A stretch of DNA of 64,000 nt from Octopus vulgaris (Eukaryota). The stretch is taken from positions 55,614,001 through 55,678,000 of the forward strand of contig OX597830.1 of the NCBI GenBank assembly GCA_951406725.2, written 5' to 3'. The position numbers and the translations under genes are program-made. Below are positions 28,147-43,500 of the stretch, piece after piece (position 1 is the first letter of the stretch; every line of letters starts with the position of its first letter). Below the pieces are notes generated by a model. It was not told the DNA's origin and made no database searches. It saw only the letters and a program-made list of their open reading frames with translations.

Positions 28147-29130
28147 TGCCACGACTTCCACGAAATGAGAGGGAGCAAGCCATCGGATGTCTCCATGCTG
28201 GTCAGCGTCCATGGGTCATTGCTAATGACCTGAATTGCAATATTCAGACAATTGAGCGGCTGATGCCACAAACATCATGGATGATCGTCCACGCAATGGC
28301 CGACCGAGGATTGCAACGACACGTTAAGATCGCCACCTGCACCGACAGCAATTGCTGAGCCGATTCCGGAGGGCAATGGAATCAGCTAGGCAGACCATAG
28401 GCACTCGCCACAGACCCATTTGTGCAGAGACAGTTCACCCCCGGCTGAGATCTTTCTATCTGTCTTATCGACGTCCTGCTAGGGTCCCCATCCTCACAGA
28501 TCGACTGCTCGAAAACGCCAGAACTAGCGATATCAGCAGTGGAGGACTATAGACTTCTCTGGCGAAAGTTGGTATTGTTTTTCTGTGGTAGAAGGCAGAG
28601 ATAGGGTTTGGAGAAGAGGTGAACGTCATACCGATGGCTATGCGGTGGAGAAAAACTCATGGGAAGGACAGAACATCATGGTATGGGGCAGTATTGCACT
28701 CAACCAGAAACTTGAACCGATGGTCTTTCAAAAAATCGGCTAAGGCCATAGCAATGGAGTAACCGCTACTCGCTACATCGACCAAGTGCTGAGGCCTCAC
28801 ATTGTGTCATACTTGTGTCTGTCATTGGAATCACGCTTTTCCAACACGTCAACGCCCGTGCCCATACTGCCAAGCTGACAACATACTTCTTCCAACAACA
28901 CAACATCTAGACACTGCCGTGGCCTACCCTAATTCAAGACTTGAACCCCATAGAGCACCTATGGGACAAAATCCGAAGAAGGCTAAATGACATCCGTCCA
29001 AGGCCGACAACTGCATCACAACTCACTGCAAGTTTTAACAGAGTGTAGGCTACTATCCCCATGGCCTTCATCAATCGTTTGGAGCATTCAATCTACAGAA
29101 GATGCCTGGCGGTAATCAATGCTAACGAGA
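28147..29130 (+). mobile_element. Degenerate Tc1-like transposase
   Basis: MPRLPRNEREQAIGCLHAG HTH start, GRPR-like linker, IMVWGSI, RYIDQVLRPHIV, FQHVNAR.H and DLNPIEHLWD across frames. Confidence 0.78.
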
Positions 29131-29789
29131 TATTGAGTTCATCTCTTTGGATCCAGGACACTCCGTCATCACGTGACTTCATGTGACGTCAAGCATATTT
29201 CAAGAAGTGACGTTTTATCACAAGGAAAGAACTGTTTCTTAATTAATACTCTTCAAGCAGTGCTATGGAAGCCTGTTAATTAACAGGTTGCTATTTAATC
29301 TTAGTCCTGGTATGTTTGTTATGTATTTGTCTGAATATTTTTTATCGTACCTAATGCGCCTACTACGATAGAATTTTTTTTGACCTTGTAGGTCATGTGC
29401 TGTTAGAATTTTCTTCTGGTCGAGCAGCCCATCCCGCTCAAAAGGTCCTTGAATAAGGGTTGTTTAAGGATGATGAACAAAACACCCATGTTTCTAGAGG
29501 TGACTTATTTAAACCCCAAAGAATCCCTCTCAACATATGGCTATGCTGCTTCCTCACTACTTCTGCTTGTGATCAGAGATGCACATATCGTCAGCTACTA
29601 AGGGACATGCTCAACTGGTCAAGCAGCTGACAAGCAAATCTGTAGTATTCAGCAGAATATTTGGTGTAGCCCATCTTTTATACCAAGACAAAACAACGTA
29701 CATGATAACACTTCCAATCAGTTAAGATCAGAGGTCATTAGAGCCACTGCATGGTACAGCACTATGACATTTATTATTAAAACTACCGT

Positions 29790-30066
29790 CTTATCGAAGG
29801 CTGGATGGAGACGGATGAAACTTTCAGGGATGTTTGGCCTTGTGACTGGCACGAACTTATTAGATTTTGGGATCGATCCGGTGCCAGACAAGGATTCTGG
29901 ATTATCTTTCCTTAATTTTTGAGAGCGGTCGGGTTCATTTTTAGCTTTCTTGTTTGTGAGAGCAGCAGAGTTTATTTCAGATATTCTCATTTTAAAAATC
30001 ATCTCCGGCTAATCGTTGAGAGGACGTTGATGTTGCCTTGGCGGAGGTTTGCGCTCTCTGAGTGAT
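29790..30066 (+). mobile_element. Non-autonomous element, possibly Helentron-associated
   Basis: Ends ccttggcggaggtttgcgctctctgagtg, resembling HINE/Helentron-type 3' ends from memory. Confidence 0.35.
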
Positions 30067-30068
30067 CG

Positions 30069-30143
<75 letters not shown>

Positions 30144-30614
30144 GTGTTGAATGCGTATGTCTCTCCATTTATATGTGTGTTGTTTGTATGTCTATGTATA
30201 TATGCGCATATGTAGGTATGTCTCTATAAGTCGCTGTGTGTGTATTATCACCTCGTTTGAATAGGGTGTACTAACCCTTTAGCGTTTAAACTAGCCATAT
30301 CCGGCCAAAATATCCTACCTGTTTTACGTTCAAGCCAGCCAGATCTGACCTCTTACACCTCTTACAATGTCATTCCAAAACGAAGCAATCACATCATTGA
30401 AATCATGAAGCTATGAGTCAATGCGCGATTAATTCAAAACAATACGAATAAATAAATAATTCATTTGACAAGAGTAATCTAAATACTAAAAGGCTAAAGC
30501 AGGTTGCTAAAGTGATTAAAGAGTTCTAAATATAAAGGGTCGATTCTATAAAGATTAAGAACCAAGAGTCTTTGGCAAAGACCCCCGGAAAGTAAGCCAA
30601 ATCTCTCGAAAAAC

Positions 30615-30980
30615 GTGGTGATCTCATTCTCGCTCACAACATCATAAGCGGAAAGTGTAACCTCTCGAAAGAGCTGTTCTTCACTCCTGCTCCAGAGCGT
30701 GGGCTGCAGGGTCACTCCGAAAAGCTCTATCTACGACGATTTCATCTCAATCGAAGGAGAGGGGCTTTCTCCGTCCGGGTTGCGGATCCGTGGAATAAGC
30801 TACCGGACGAGATAGTGAAGATGCCGACGACCGCTCAGTTCAAAGTCTCTCTTGACCAGAAATGGCCTGAACTCTTTGTATGACCACCCTCCCTGTGCAT
30901 AACTCCCTGTCTCCCCTACATGGCTTTGCTTTTGCTTTTTGAGCCAATAAAAATTGAATTAAAATTTTAAAAATTGAATT
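30615..30980 (+). mobile_element. CR1-group LINE 3' fragment
   Basis: Closely similar to 46850-47180. Confidence 0.85.
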
Positions 30981-31519
30981 AAATCGAATAAACAAGTAAA
31001 AAAATTCTTATTAGCGCTTGATTATAATCAATATGGCTCCATAGATATTCTTTGTTTCGTTTCTACCACTGGAGCACTGCCAGACTGGAGCACCATTTAC
31101 AAAGGGTCTTAGTATTAATTAATCATATTGACTCCAAAATAGATTTCGGTTTCATATTAATTTTTGTTGCTGTCTAATTGTCGGAAGCCTTACATTTTGA
31201 CATAGGAGGGACGGAACGTGGCATACCTGTTTTATATAGAAAAAAAAAATAACCAAAAGCTCAAACAAACATAACCATCCACCCTACCCTCTATCCATAC
31301 ATCCACCGTATATGCATACATGTTTTGAAGTGTACACATACACATATCGATATATCGCTTGCAACCATGTAGCTTTCGGCTCAGTCCTTCTATGCGGCAC
31401 CTTGAACAATTGCCTTCTTCTATAGCCCCAGGTCTCCCAATGTTCTCTAAGTGAATTAGTTAAACAGAAACTGTGAGGAAACCTGTCGTGTATATATATT
31501 TATACAAAACATTGATACG

Positions 31520-33600
31520 AAACTTAAAGAATTCATGTCAATAATGCGAACCATATGCATTAAAATTGTCCCAGAAAAGAGAGCAACTACATACAAAAGC
31601 ATCATTCCTCGAGACAGGAGAGTCTTTATGAGAAAGGGAATAAAGATCTCCAATCGCTTAAATAATTTAATGACAGCAAGAAATCCCTCCTCAAATAGAG
31701 ACTTTTATAGGTCGAAAGTAAACTCAAACTCTCCCATGGAAAGGAAAGGGTAGATAGAGAGACCAGGCGGTGGAAAATATATGAATGAATCCTAAAACCT
31801 TCTACAAGTTCGCGAAAGGTGCTGCCTCGGTACACTACAAGATAGAACCACTGTTTGAAGAAGGTGGTTCGCTAGCTGCGGACTCAAGAGGCTATGTGAA
31901 GTACTAAATAAACAATTCTAGAGAGTCTTCAACTCTCAATTGGGAAACGGGAAAGTAAGTGAGTCTAAAGAGTTTGCCAACACTGCAGACCTACATAGGG
32001 AAAAGGCAACTGTCGACTACATCGACATAGAAGAGGAGAATGTAATATCGGCCATTGATGAGATGGGCTCAAATTCTACAAGGGGTTCGGGTGGATTTTG
32101 GCGGTTCTAAAAGTTTTCTTGCATGTGCATGTGGCAAACTTCCAAAACTGTTACAAGAGGGTATCATATGCCCTGTTCATAAAGGAGAAATCAGAGCAAA
32201 TACTAAAAATTACAGGCCTATTTCTCTGACTTAACATGTTATCAGGGTCATGGAAGGCGTTTGCATAAGGATACTGATACCGATCCTCGGAGAGAATAAC
32301 TTGCTCACAAATACACAACTTGGGTTCCACCCAGGGAGGAGCTGCCTCACACTACTACTACAACATTACGATTGGATACTGAAACAGCAGTTCAACCATT
32401 CAAATGTGGATGTGATATATCTCGATTTTGCCAAGGCTTTTGACAAAGTTGATCATAGGATATGTCACAAACTACATGACTTTGATACCACTTGAAAACT
32501 GGGAGAATGATTGCACAGCTTTTAAATGACAAAAGTCAAAAACTTGCAGCCAGGTGCACTTTCTGGGAAGACATCAATCCGCAGCGGAGTTCCTCAGAGA
32601 ACTATACTAAGACTATTACAGTTTGTGGTCGCTCACTCAGATCTGTAATCAATCGTACAGTCAGCCGCTCTCACCAGCTATACTGATGATACAAAAGTAT
32701 CACAAACGGTCAAAGACCCTAATGACATACTAAAACTGTAAAACGACCTGCATACAATATACAAATGAGCTGGTGAAACTAACATGCAGTCCAATGCTGA
32801 TAAGCTTCAAGCACTCCCTTATTGGACCCATAAACAGACTACAGTCGGAATACATAGGACCAGGGGAGCAATGCAATCCCAGAGTTAGGATCGGTGCGTG
32901 AGCTGGGAATCCATATGAGTAAATGATGCAATATTCCATGAGCATATTACCAAGATGGTAACACTGTGCAGACGAGTAGCTGAATGGATCCTTAGATCAT
33001 TCAGAAGCAGAAATAAGGATACCTTGCAACTCTTATGGAGGACGTTTGTTCTCAGTTATCTGGATTATTGCTCCCGACAGTGGTCGTCGCAGAGTGTCAA
33101 ATTAATGGTGGAATTTTTGACAATCTAGTGCCACAACACGAAGTAGACTTACTTGGTGAAACACATGAGCTACTGAGAGAGGCCACAAAAGCTGAAGCTC
33201 TACTCCCTATAGAGAAGGCCAGAAAGATATGCAGTGGTGTACATACGGAAGATTTTGAACGAACTAGCTCTCAACTTATGAATTAAAAGCTATACCAACC
33301 ACCGAATTGGACGGCACTGCATAATACCAAAGATCCTGTCTTCTTAATCTCGGATTAGGACCGACCCAGTATTTCAACAGCTTGGGTTTCAGGGGACCGC
33401 AACTGTTTCACATCCTGCCAAACAACCTCAGAAATCTGCAAGGTGTAGATGTGGAGACCTTCAAAAAACACCTGGTCTACTTTCAACCTGAAATCCCAGA
33501 TGAACCCATAGGGGCATCTGGGTAGGAGGCACAAACAAGAGCAGTGCCGTCTAACTCGCTTCTTCACCAAGAACAATACAGAAGGGAGACCCATAAACAC
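31520..33600 (+). mobile_element. Degenerate CR1-group LINE ORF2 (RT)
   Basis: NYRPISLT, GFHPGRSCLTLLL, VDVIYLDFAKAFDKVDH and YTDDTK motifs, with many stops and frameshifts. Confidence 0.88.
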
Positions 33601-33685
33601 TGAAATGTGGTGCTCCAGTATGGCCCCCATGAAACCAGTAAGAGAATAAATGAATATATATATAATACATAATACATATATATAT

Positions 33686-33716
<31 letters not shown>

Positions 33717-33754
33717 CACAAAAATATACATACATATATACATACATATATATA

Positions 33755-33800
<46 letters not shown>

Positions 33801-33938
33801 ACTACTCCTATATATATATATATATATATGCCTATATATATATACATACATATTTATACATATATACATAAGTATATATACATATATATATATATAATAC
33901 ATATTCATATATACATATGTGCATATGTACATTCATAT

Positions 33939-33977
<39 letters not shown>

Positions 33978-35089
33978 TATATATATATATGAATGTATGT
34001 ATGTGTGTATGTATGTATGTATGTATGTATGTATGTATGTATGTATGTATGTATGTATGTATGTTTGATAGTATAAATATACAACATACGTGTAATACAT
34101 CAGTTTATGCTGTGTTTATAATCAATGAAAAGTTGCAAAATTAAATGGATTCAGATGTCGAGTGTTTCGTGTGTTGCATTCACCGAACTGATAAGCGCCA
34201 TGCGCGCCTCTCTCGACCCTTGAATCGCTTTAAAAACTCTGCCGATTAAAAATAAAAGATAATGAAGTATTTAGTCACACATATGCTCACACATATCGCA
34301 TATACATATATACATATATACATACATATGTAGGTACACATGCATACACTCATGCACGCATACACATACATACACTAATGCACGCATACACACACACATA
34401 CAGACAAGCAGATGTGTTGCGTGTTTCTGATAACGCCGAAGTGATATCGAACCAAAAGTCAATGTCTTAGATTGCCGAATCTTTAGGACTGATTGTGTAC
34501 CGTGATCTTGGTGTCTCAAGTCAAAACTGAGCGAAAAACAATCAAGATGGGAAGTCACCTCTGTGGCAATTGCAACCTAAAATTTTGGGTCCAATAAGTT
34601 TTTTACAACACCTCAAAGACCCTCTCCACCCTATAGACATGATCCAGAAACAAGCCAGAGTAAGATATCCAGGACCAGTATGGGATGCAGGCTCAAGAAC
34701 GTGTGTGAGAGCGCCATGTTCTCAAGTACAAGCAAAATATCTCCAAAATATCCAATGCCATTCCCGGTATATCTCGTTTTATATCAGAGTGACCTTCTCC
34801 TAGAGATATATATTTCTTTATTGCCCACAAGGGGCTAAACATAGAGGGGACAAACAAGGACAGACAAACGGATTAAGTCGATTACATCGACCCCAGTGCG
34901 AAACTGGTACTTTTATTTATCGACCCCGAAAGGATGAAAGGCAAAGTCGACCTCGGCGGAATTTGAACTCAGAACGTAGCCGCAGATGAAATACCGGTCA
35001 GCATTGCGCCCGGCGCGCTAACGTGTCTGCCAGATCGCCGCCTTAAAGTACATCTCTCCTAGAGATATACTTTAACAAAAGCTGAGAGA

Positions 35090-35685
35090 GTGCTTCACTC
35101 CCAGTGGTCTTCCAGGACGCTCGACATTAATCCGGAATTTCTGAGGGCCTTAAACTTACATGTCTTGGGTAACAGTCTCCAGAGCAGTAGTATCAGGTCG
35201 GGTGAACGTGGTGCCCATTTCAACAGCACATTTCATCAGGAAGCGCCAAATTGCCGTTGGAGGACTCTGGGTTTCCAGACTTGTTCATATGGACTTCTTG
35301 GGGCTTTGCAAGAGCTTTTAGCGAACCCGCTCGACGGTCTCTTCCGATATTATTGGTAGTCCAGATCCTTTTGCCCTGCACACACAGCCTTCCGCTTTTA
35401 ATTTATTGTGCCATGTCCACATCTGCATTGCCGTTGGTGACTTTTTAGACGACTCTCTCACAAGTGCACGCTGCACAGTCTTGTTCGACTGTGTTCGAGC
35501 ACACTCCAACACACAAAACGCCTTTTCTCTTCCAGTGAATGCCATTTCTATCTCCGAAAAGATAAACATATGAAACATTAAACATACAATTTTGACCTGT
35601 TTCTACGCATACATTTAGAATTTGGAGTTATTTGAACAAGAACTGGCAAAGATTGCGAAATGATATCAAACTTTTTGAAACACCC

Positions 35686-35687
<2 letters not shown>
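35090..35687 (-). mobile_element. Tc1/mariner remnant (rosa/DD41D-like N-terminus) with one TIR
   Basis: Terminus cagggtgtttcaaaaagtt. ORF MAFTGREKAFCVLECARTQSNKTVQRA...PTAMQ.WTWH.K...GC....SG.P.ISEETVERVR. Confidence 0.7.
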
Positions 35688-35767
<80 letters not shown>

Positions 35768-35823
35768 TATATATATATATATACGTATGTATGTATATAT
35801 ACATATATATATATGTATGTATG

Positions 35824-35900
<77 letters not shown>

Positions 35901-36076
35901 ATATATGTACGTATATATATCTAATATAGGATTAAATTTTTCGAAAAAAATTCTATCAATGGCCAGCATATTAAAAATTACCTTTATAGTGATGAATTAT
36001 ATGGTTATTGACGATGTGTCTATTTTCGGCATATTGGGCATTAGAGTTTTTTTTTCTTTTGCCCTTGTTTATAAGT

Positions 36077-36124
<48 letters not shown>

Positions 36125-37444
36125 GTTATTAAGTCTATGTCCGGTCACTCTATGACCAGACATAGGCTTAACTACATATAAATACATTACTGCTCTATGC
36201 TTTTCAGAATGAGCTTCTTTTCCAGATATATGATACATTGACGATATATATATATAATGTGCTTCTTTTAGTTTCCGCCTGCTAAATCCTTTCACAAGAC
36301 TTTGGTCGGTCCGAGAATATAGCAGAAGACGCTTGCCAATGTAGTAAAACTGAATCCGGAACCATGTGGTTGGAAAGAAAAGTTCTTAACACACACCTCC
36401 ATATATGTGTACATATAAACATACAAACATACATACATACATATACATTCACATACATATATGTACGTACTCATATATCCATACGCATATATGTATATAC
36501 ACATACACACATTCACCGACACACACGCGCATGTAGTTTGTATTACAGGTATGAATATAGAGTGAGTACCAAGCTAAGGGGGACGTGTAATAGTTGGTGT
36601 GTTTGTTGTTGCTGTTGAGCGTAGCGGTCTTCGTTCTAGTGGGAGAAGTCCGAAACGCGGTCCTTTACTATTCGTAAGACCCGCAGAAGAGAAACCAGGT
36701 CAACTCCCCACCCCGACACCGACACCGAGAGCATCGACGGATGGATGAATGCGCATCCAGGCTCAGCGATTGCGTAGGAAGTCGGGGACAAGAAACAGGA
36801 AGAAAGAGTGAGAGAAAGTTGGAGCGAAAGAGTAAAAAAGGGGTCGCCACCACCTCCTGCCGGAGCCTCGTGGAGCTTTAGGTGTTTTCGCTCAATAAAC
36901 ACACACAACGCCCGGTCTGGGAATCGAAACCGTAATCCTTCGACCGCGAGTCCGCTGCCCTAACCATTGGGCCATTGGACCACCTGTTGTTGCTGTGTCA
37001 TATTTAAGGTCAGAAAGAACAAAAAAAAGAACAGAAACGAGAAATATTAAGCAAAAACTAAGTGAACTACTGGACTTTGAAACTGTTTCTCCAAAGATAG
37101 AAAGTGTTCAGAGTCCAGTGGCTGATGTCTGTATCAGCCACTGCCTTTGAGCCATAAGATAGGCTGGAATGAGTGATGGAAGAAGGAATTTAAGGTGCGG
37201 TAGAAGATTATCAAAAAGATACAAACCTACATACATACATATGGGTGTATATATATATGTTTGTATATATTCTTTCATTCTTTTATTTGTTTCGGTCATT
37301 TCGATCCAAGGTCTTATTCTTTGTAAGCCTAGTACTTATTCTATCGGTCTATTTTGCCGAAGCACTAAGTAACGGGGACGTAAACACACCACCATCGGTT
37401 GTCAAGCGATGGTTGGGGACAAACACAAACATACACACATACAC

Positions 37445-37503
<59 letters not shown>

Positions 37504-37685
37504 GACGCGCTCCTTTCAGTTTCCGTCTACCAAATCCACTCACAAGGCTTTGGTCAGCCCGAGGCTATAGTAGAAGACACTTGCCCAAAGTCCAAGGTGC
37601 CACGCAGTGGGACTGAACCCGGAACCACGTGGTTGGTAAGCAAGCTACTTACCACACACCCACGCCTGTATGTGTATATATATAA

Positions 37686-37738
<53 letters not shown>

Positions 37739-37841
37739 TATAATAAATATATATGAGGAGTAGATAGACAACTGACAACTAATGAAGGGTCATTTTCCGT
37801 GTTACTTGTCCTGTTTTCCATTGTTTCTCTCGTTGTTTGCG

Positions 37842-37912
<71 letters not shown>

Positions 37913-38371
37913 AGAGTTTACGAAAAAAAAAACAAAAGACGAAGACAGGTGGTGTACAAAACAAACAGATGTATTAGTATAATGCTCAGGAATAGAAAAA
38001 GTCTTTTATGTTTCGAGCCTACGCTCTTCTACAGAAAGGGACACAGAAAAAAAACAAGGAGAGAAAAAACTTTGTGTGTAGTGGCTATGCATACATACAT
38101 ACACATATGTATAAATATATACGCAGAGATGTATGTACTTATATATAAACAGATCTACACACATATATACACATACTTAAAAATTAACACGCACACACAC
38201 ACACGCATCACTTAACCACATATTTACAAAACCCGGGAATTGTCTTAACTCAAAAAATCTTGTCATTTTGCTTGTTAGCGACCGGTTTGAACTCCATTAA
38301 GAGAAACTTACATAATTCTCAAAGAAAAACACGTTCACTTAATTACACACATACACACATATTTTGATGCA

Positions 38372-39330
38372 AGCATACATGCATACATACATACATACAT
38401 ACATACATACATACATACATACATGCATACATGCATGCATGCATGCATACATGCATGCATGCATGCATACATACATACATACATACATACATACACACAT
38501 ACATACATACATGCATACACACATACATACATACATACATACATACACGCATACATACATACATACATACATACATACATACATACATACACACATACAT
38601 ACATACATACATACATACATACATACATACATACACACATGCATACATACATACATACATACACACACATGCATACATACATACATACATACACACATAC
38701 ATACATACACACATACATACATACATACATACATACATACATACATACATACATACATACACACATGCATACATACATACATACATACATACACACATAC
38801 ATACACACATACACACATACACACATACATACATACATACATACATAAATACATACATACATACATACATACATGCATGCATGCATGCATACATACATAC
38901 ATACATACATACATACACACATACATACATACATACATGCATGCATACATGCATACATGCATACATACATACATACATACATACATGCATACATACATAC
39001 ATACATACACACACATACTTACATACATACATGCATGCATACATGCATACATGCATACATGCATACATACATACACACATACATACATACATACATACAC
39101 ACATACATACATACATACATACATACACACATACATACATACATACATACATACATACATACATACATACATACATACATACATACATACATACATACAT
39201 ACATGCATGCATACATGCATACATGCATACATACATACATACATACATACATACATACATACATACATACATACATACATGCATGCATACATGCATACAT
39301 ACATACATACATACATACATACATACATAC
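38372..39330. repeat. About 960-bp (CATA)n/(CATG)/(CACA) compound tetranucleotide tract
   Basis: Direct reading. It ends about 230 bp upstream of exon 2. Confidence 0.97.
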
Positions 39331-39562
39331 AGTTACACTACGAAGATTTTGGTGGATCCAAGTCCACAGGTGAATCGTGGTTCTGCGCTGTGGAATCGAA
39401 ACTGGAATAACGTTTTTGACGAACGAAGTCCATAACCACCTGTCCATATCTATGTTGCTACGAATCAATCAAAAGTCCCCACCCGCATCTCATCCCCATC
39501 CATAAAGGTATCATTTAATACGTATTTTCCGTTTTGTCATTCCATTCTTCTTTTTATTTCAG

Positions 39563-39646
39563 GTTTTAAAACTAACAATCCGAAAGAATACCTGACTTTG
39601 CCAGCGGGAAAATCTAAAAATTATGCGTCTGTGTACGACTACATTA
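39563..39646 (+). CDS. Exon 2, GON domain (FKTNNPKEYLTLPAGKSKNYASVYDYI)
   Basis: Acceptor tttttatttcAG, donor GTAAGT at 39647, phase 1-1. PKEYLTL..G..NY is the GON signature that follows YCHG. Confidence 0.9.
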
Positions 39647-39885
39647 GTAAGTATGAAAATTTAGTACATGACTTAACTGTTTGCATCTGTTTATACAGAT
39701 GTCTGTGTGTGCGTGCACACACATTTGTGTGTACATATATGGTCCAAGCAAAAAAAAACTCGAAGACGTGGTAAAAGAACAACGGAGTGTACTAGGTTTA
39801 CGCTCGGAAAAATTGGAAGAAATATTTAACATTTCGAGCCTACACTCTTCTACACACTACACACACACACACACACCCCCACATA

Positions 39886-39997
<112 letters not shown>

Positions 39998-40027
39998 TAT
40001 ATTTATAGATATACATATATATATATT

Positions 40028-40098
<71 letters not shown>

Positions 40099-40187
40099 AT
40101 ATATATATATACATATATATATATATTATATATATATGTATGTATATACATATATGTATGCATATATATATATGTATGTATATATAC

Positions 40188-40241
<54 letters not shown>

Positions 40242-40720
40242 GGAAGTTAAATGTCATGGCCAGTCATACAGGCACCTCAGGCAGAATGCTTAGCAGCTTT
40301 TCGTCCATATTTACGTTCTGAGGTGAAATACCACCGAGGTCGACTTTACCTTTCTTCCTTAAAATAAAATAAGTAGCAGCTGAGCGATGGGAACGATGTA
40401 ATTGTCTTACCCTCCCCCCTGAACTTGCTGGCCTTGTGCCAGAATTTGAAACCCACATACATACACGCAAATACAGTATTGAATTTGTCAGCGAGAGAGG
40501 TTTCATCTTGATAAAGTAAATCATTTAAGAGTCACTTTCCGTAAAAGAGTCACTTGCCATGCAACGGGCAGGAAGTAAATGCATCGCGGTTTTTTGTCGA
40601 GGAGGAAATTGTGTTTGTATCTTTCTTTTACTCTTTTACTTGTTTCAGTCATCAGACTGCGGTCATACTGGGGCATCACCTTGCACAATTTATTTTAGTC
40701 GAATGAATCGACCCCAGTAC

Positions 40721-40796
<76 letters not shown>

Positions 40797-40820
40797 TATT
40801 ATCATTATTATTACTATTAA

Positions 40821-40856
<36 letters not shown>

Positions 40857-40892
40857 TATTATCATTATCATTATTATTATCATTATCATTAA

Positions 40893-40976
<84 letters not shown>

Positions 40977-41085
40977 TATCATTATTATTATTATCATTAT
41001 TATTATCATTATCATTATTATTATTATTATCATTATCATTATTGTTATCTTTATTATTATTATTATTATTATTATCATCATTATT

Positions 41086-41120
<35 letters not shown>

Positions 41121-41134
41121 CATTATTATTATTG

Positions 41135-41218
<84 letters not shown>
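40721..41218. repeat. (TTA/TCA)n then (GTA)n microsatellite
   Basis: Direct reading. Confidence 0.95.
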
Positions 41219-41399
41219 TTTTCTTTTAGTTAAGTCTGGTACTTATTCAATAAGTACCAGATTTAACTGAAAAAGAGATAGCTGGATCTTTCTCTGTTCA
41301 GGGGTTGACTAATAATGGTCGTTACAGACCTCTTCCCACTTTCCTTGTAGCATCAGAAACAAGAAATAACCTGGCTGACTTTGGAAGTGGTTGTACTTT

Positions 41400-43500
41400 C
41401 GCTACTAGAAGCAGCAAGTAATATCCCAGTTGGAAAAAATTGATTTTGTTATCTCATATCAAACATTACACAATGCTGGGGGTTGAAGAGATCCTAGTGG
41501 GAAATCTCGACACAGAACATGCATCTGAACGTCTGTTTTGCAATGTGTATCGTTCAGTCGAGTAATAACAGTGGAGTGACATTGAGACGTTGCTGCTAAC
41601 AGCATAATGAGAAATGACTTCACTTTTGCTCACACATATGGACCTAACAATATCAGGTATCGCTATGTTTAATTAAAGCCTCAGTAAATGCCTCGTGGAA
41701 TGGTGGGGAAGCTTTTGATAAGACATGTATTGAAAGTCAGTGTTTTCGTGATGGATGTATAAAGAGTAATAATGTGGTGTTTTTCTCAAAAATATTCAAA
41801 AATATTCAAGTTTTCTTGTAAATGCAACATAGAACTCTACCAGTGTCACTCAACAGGATCTTGATTGCATAACAAGATGAATCAATCATGATTTTAATCA
41901 CAAGTCAAGGAATTCGAGAAACACATTTAACCACAGGTTAATAAATCCATTGCCCTGTAGAATGAATGCTTTAACCGTCTCACTTTGACTTGTACAATAA
42001 CTTTGTACCATCTGGAGGATGTGGCATCGTATTTGGCGAAACATGAGCATGTTGCTAACCAACTGGCTTGTATCGTACGATGTTTCATATGTCTACAGTT
42101 CCTCAAAGTTTTGTATTGCACAGGAGCGCTGATTGGACTGCAACTTGTCAAACCATTCCTTTCGTGCATCACTTCAACAAGCACAAACTACTCAAAACTT
42201 GTGTCTGCTGTCAGACAACCTTATGATGACTTTTCCACAGTGGATCCAAACCGATTGCCAAATGTACATAGTCCTGCACTCAGTTTCGTATCTTCTAGCA
42301 GATTCTAGGAAACCAGATATGATGAAGATATATGCTGTGCTGTTGAAGCTGTTGCAACCGAATTGAATCCAGAGGTGTTAAAAGTACTGTCGAGGCTTCT
42401 TCCAAAGTTAGCAGATGGTTTCCAGAACCAGAAGGGAGTTCTGCTTTTTTTTTTTTTTTTTTGAACATCGTCAAAGAGTCTCCCCATGCTCGGGCAAGCA
42501 TGAACTTTGCTAAACTAGGGAGAGCACCCATTCACAATCTCGGCTCAAAACGTAGTGTGGGCTTTACCAACTATGAGTTGAGTCATCGAGGTGACAAGCA
42601 ACTCAAATTGCCATCTTCTTCCCAAGTTAAATCCAAGTCAGTTGATCTGATTGAACTCGAGAGTCCGGAGCATTCAGGCAATATACCAAACTCCCCAAAC
42701 CTGGGGGCGAGTACCTGATATCATTAAAGAATGGGATAACCGCCAGTAGCAGTTAATGTTGGAGGGACTGGAGAAGAAGGAAATCCCCAATATAGCAATG
42801 GATAGACGATGAACAGGCGATCTGGATATTTTAGAATAGCATAGTGGACCGTTTACTAGCAGCACTGGGGTAGAGGCCTATCTCATGACAGATATATTGG
42901 ATAAAGAAAAGGTCAATAGGCTGTGTTTAGAAATCAGATATGCCAGAGACACGGCCCTTTCTGCGCCAAAACCCAGCGACATTTTCCATCTTAAATAAAA
43001 TTATCAAAAACTGTCAATGGAACGATGTGCAATAAATTTGAAGATTTATTTGAATTAATGTGAGTTGCAAGACTGATGTAAGCCTTATTGCTTTTAATCA
43101 TGCATTGGAAGACTTGGTGTGAGGTTCTGAAGTCATAATGGTTATAAATGTATTATTGTATCTTATAAATTACGGAACTCGAAAAATGTTTTTTCTTCTG
43201 TAAAATTTAATTACTTAATTATTCATTAAATTGTTTATTCCACATCAAAATCGTGTTCTATGACCTCAAAAACATATATAAAGACATATCACATGACATT
43301 CTTGGTAACAGCTACTGATTTCATTTAAAAATCGTGTACTCTGGCCGCCATCTTGGAGTTCCGCCATATTGGAAAGTCAAATTGCGAAGTTAATACTATT
43401 TTGGGATTCAATGTATTAAAAAAAAACATGCTAAGTTAAAATATTATATATTTACGTAGAGTTTTAAATTGATTAAATTAGTTTTTACCCCTATTCTGGT
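41400..43500 (+). mobile_element. Degenerate unclassified DNA-transposon-like coding remnant
   Basis: Broken protein-like frames (LGVEEILVGNLDTEHASERLFCN; SVTQQDLDCITR; FLKVLYCTGALIGLQLVKPFLS; APIHNLGSKRSVGFTNYEL) and a subterminal ggccgccatcttgga motif at about 43343. Confidence 0.5.
41586..41796 (+). repeat. 211-bp direct copy of the 3' half of exon 3, its donor and the start of intron 3
   Basis: Matches 44028-44238 with 3 substitutions seen. Confidence 0.95.

Noticed and set aside
38335-39468. Several 225-348 aa ORFs on both strands
   Set aside because: Translations of the (CATA)n tract.
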